Assembly: GCA_036172245.1 (NCBI GenBank)
Contig: JAYWIR010000002.1
Coordinates: forward strand, 186,001 to 250,000
Origin: Raillietiella orientalis
Lineage: Eukaryota
Direction: 5' to 3'
Length of the DNA stretch: 64,000 bases
In this document: in pieces, positions 63,001-64,000 of the stretch
How positions within the stretch are numbered: the stretch's first letter is position 1
Layout of the letters: every line of letters starts with the position of its first letter
Made by a program: the position numbers and the translations under genes
The notes under the pieces: model-generated
What the model was told of the DNA's origin: nothing
Seen by the model: the letters and a program-made list of their open reading frames with translations, nothing else
Databases searched by the model: none

Positions 63001-64000
63001 GCGATCGATGACGGGAGCGGAGTACTACTACAAAGAAAGGAAAAAAGTCCTCCACAACGTACGGAGAAGAAAAAATGAGTGGTTCATTTCCGGAGGAAGG
63101 AGTCATGGGACATATCGCGTAAGCCCAGGATGCACGTGTGGAAGGTCTTATGGAGGAGCTACATGGAGAACGGGCAACGAGGCTTTCCAGAGCAGAGAGA
63201 GTGAAAGAGAGAGAGAGAAAATGAAGTTTTGCAATAAACGCAAGTTCTAAAGGCGAATGACTGAAACCAAAAGCTTTTTCCCAGAAGCCAGAGCGCGTTT
63301 AGGGGAAGGCAGACTTGCAGGAAATGGCGAAGGGTGCGAGGGAGAAAAGCCTTAAGCTATGCGTCGATGCCCCTTCGGCAAACGCGCAGCGAACAGGACT
63401 TCGACACCGAGGTTTTCTTCCATCGCTTTCGGAGGATCATGCGCCACGGGGTGGGAACCTAAGCGCGCAAGACGGAGCGCCTAGCGCTTTCGCAGGAGAC
63501 ATAAAGGGGTGTGCAGAAGATGGAAGATGCAAAATGGCAACTCACGCAGCAGCGCGGGTGTTGGACAGGAAGAAGGAACATGGTTTTCTCCCGCTCAGTA
63601 GTTTCTTGCCAACATGCAGATGCTTCTACTCTATCCTGTGGATGGTAGGAGTTTGGTTGCACGAAGACAACGCGCTGAAGGGCAAGTTCAACGAAACTCA
63701 ACCTTTTGTGCACCCACAGGAAGGCTTTTAGGAGGCGTTTATTATGATAGAACTCCCTGACGAGATCATGAAGGTGATATGGATGCAGAGAGAAAGCACT
63801 TCCTCATCGATCTGATTCAGTGATCTTCTGTGGACCAGTAACTTTTAATTCTAATTTCCGAATGATCTCTCACTTGATCGATTCTTGAAGTGAAACAGTA
63901 GAGTGTGCCTCTTGAGTAGCTGCGGCGACTGTCTACTGCACAAGTACAAATGCAAAGGCGCGCACACGGAAGTAGAAGGAGCGCCAAAAGTTGTAAGGCA

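Noticed and set aside
59600..64000. Coding gene in the last 4.4 kb
   Set aside because: Only short ORFs with no recognisable motif; left unannotated.

Overview
Eukaryotic (animal) genomic DNA with very short spliceosomal introns (mostly 39-47 nt). Five protein-coding genes can be reconstructed by hand: an intronless mitochondrial aminomethyltransferase (AMT/GcvT, 11406-12623, -), a four-exon gene encoding only the C-terminal part of NOL8 (10331-11059, -), RYBP/YAF2 (54258-54867, +) and TRMU/MTU1 (54896-56275, -) arranged tail-to-tail 28 bp apart, and an LRAT/PLAAT-family (NlpC/P60) enzyme (58590-59484, +). A decayed TTC39-like remnant probably lies at about 9.1-9.7 kb. Most of the rest of the window is exon-like sequence with good splice signals but no credible ORF. 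Splice-site polarity appears to switch at about 26.6 kb (minus to the left, plus to the right), suggesting long divergent non-coding transcripts or decayed genes. Several long palindromes, a three-copy competing hairpin, a dispersed ~130-bp structured element and local duplications are also present. I recognised no tRNA, rRNA, CRISPR array or autonomous transposon. Family assignments are from motif recall, not database searches, and the non-coding transcript models are inference only.
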